Shown: piece after piece, positions 58,108 to 58,194 of the stretch
How positions within the stretch are numbered: position 1 is the stretch's first letter
Layout of the letters: the number at the start of each line of letters is the position of its first letter
Assembly: GCA_045642985.1 (NCBI GenBank)
Contig: JAZUJU010000093.1
Location: 1 to 58,194 of the forward strand
From: Bacteroidaceae bacterium
GTDB lineage: Bacteria; Bacteroidota; Bacteroidia; Bacteroidales; Bacteroidaceae
Direction of reading: 5' to 3'
Length of the DNA: 58,194 bases
Made by a program: the position numbers and the translations under genes
Notes under the pieces: generated by a model
The model's database searches: none
The model's input: only the letters and a program-made list of their open reading frames with translations
What the model was told of the DNA's origin: nothing

Positions 58108-58170
58108 TATTATACCAAAGTTTGCAATGATTGTACCAAAGTTTGGTTTGATTATACCAAACTATGGTGG
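58108..58170. repeat. three tandem 21-bp direct repeats (core ATTRTACCAAAnTnTG)
   Basis: tattataccaaagtttgcaat / gattgtaccaaagtttggttt / gattataccaaactatggtgg, starting at 58108, 58129 and 58150. Exact 21-bp phasing. Confidence 0.8.
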
Positions 58171-58194
58171 ATTGGAAATACAGTAATGCGGCTG

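Overview
This 58.2 kb window looks like core chromosome of a Bacteroidota (Bacteroidales-type) bacterium at roughly 50-55% G+C. The taxon call rests on three things. The TAnnTTTG -7 promoter box recurs in front of many genes and tRNAs. The dcw cluster has the Bacteroidota layout, with an FtsL-like gene and no murF or ddl. Lipoprotein signals are followed by acidic residues.

Gene content, in order:
- sufD (5' truncated)-sufS, rnhB, pfkA, gpmI, tRNA-Val(CAC)
- an envelope block: a patatin-Omp85 fusion, an O-antigen-ligase-like/TPR protein, a DUF456-like protein and a TonB_C lipoprotein
- tRNA-Val(GAC)
- the complete dcw cluster: mraZ-rsmH-ftsL-ftsI-murE-mraY-murD-ftsW-murG-murC-ftsQ-ftsA-ftsZ
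- recO, a tRNA-Glu(UUC) hidden under a spurious ORF, and rpsT
- a four-gene operon of two interleaved XRE-cupin regulators and two different AMP-forming acyl-CoA ligases
- gyrB
- a tightly packed glyQS-FKBP-2-oxoacid:ferredoxin oxidoreductase (delta-alpha-beta-gamma) string
- parC, then an envelope set (predicted beta-barrel protein, S41 peptidase, SppA), and tRNA-Leu(UAG)
- a PspC-PadR-PspC-VKOR/thioredoxin cluster
- an esterase, groES-groEL and murF-folP-cdaA
- a degenerate M16-like secreted protein with a polybasic tail
- an AT-rich Big_2 lipoprotein gene
- at the right edge, a truncated HU-like ORF preceded by three 21-bp direct repeats

I found no CRISPR array, integrase, transposase or recognisable defence system. 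The candidates most worth follow-up are the PadR/HAAS-like-PspC/VKOR module, the interleaved regulator-ligase operon, the extended motif shared by the tRNA promoters, the MraZ operator, and the compositional and repeat anomaly at the right end. All family assignments come from motif recognition by eye. No database search was run.
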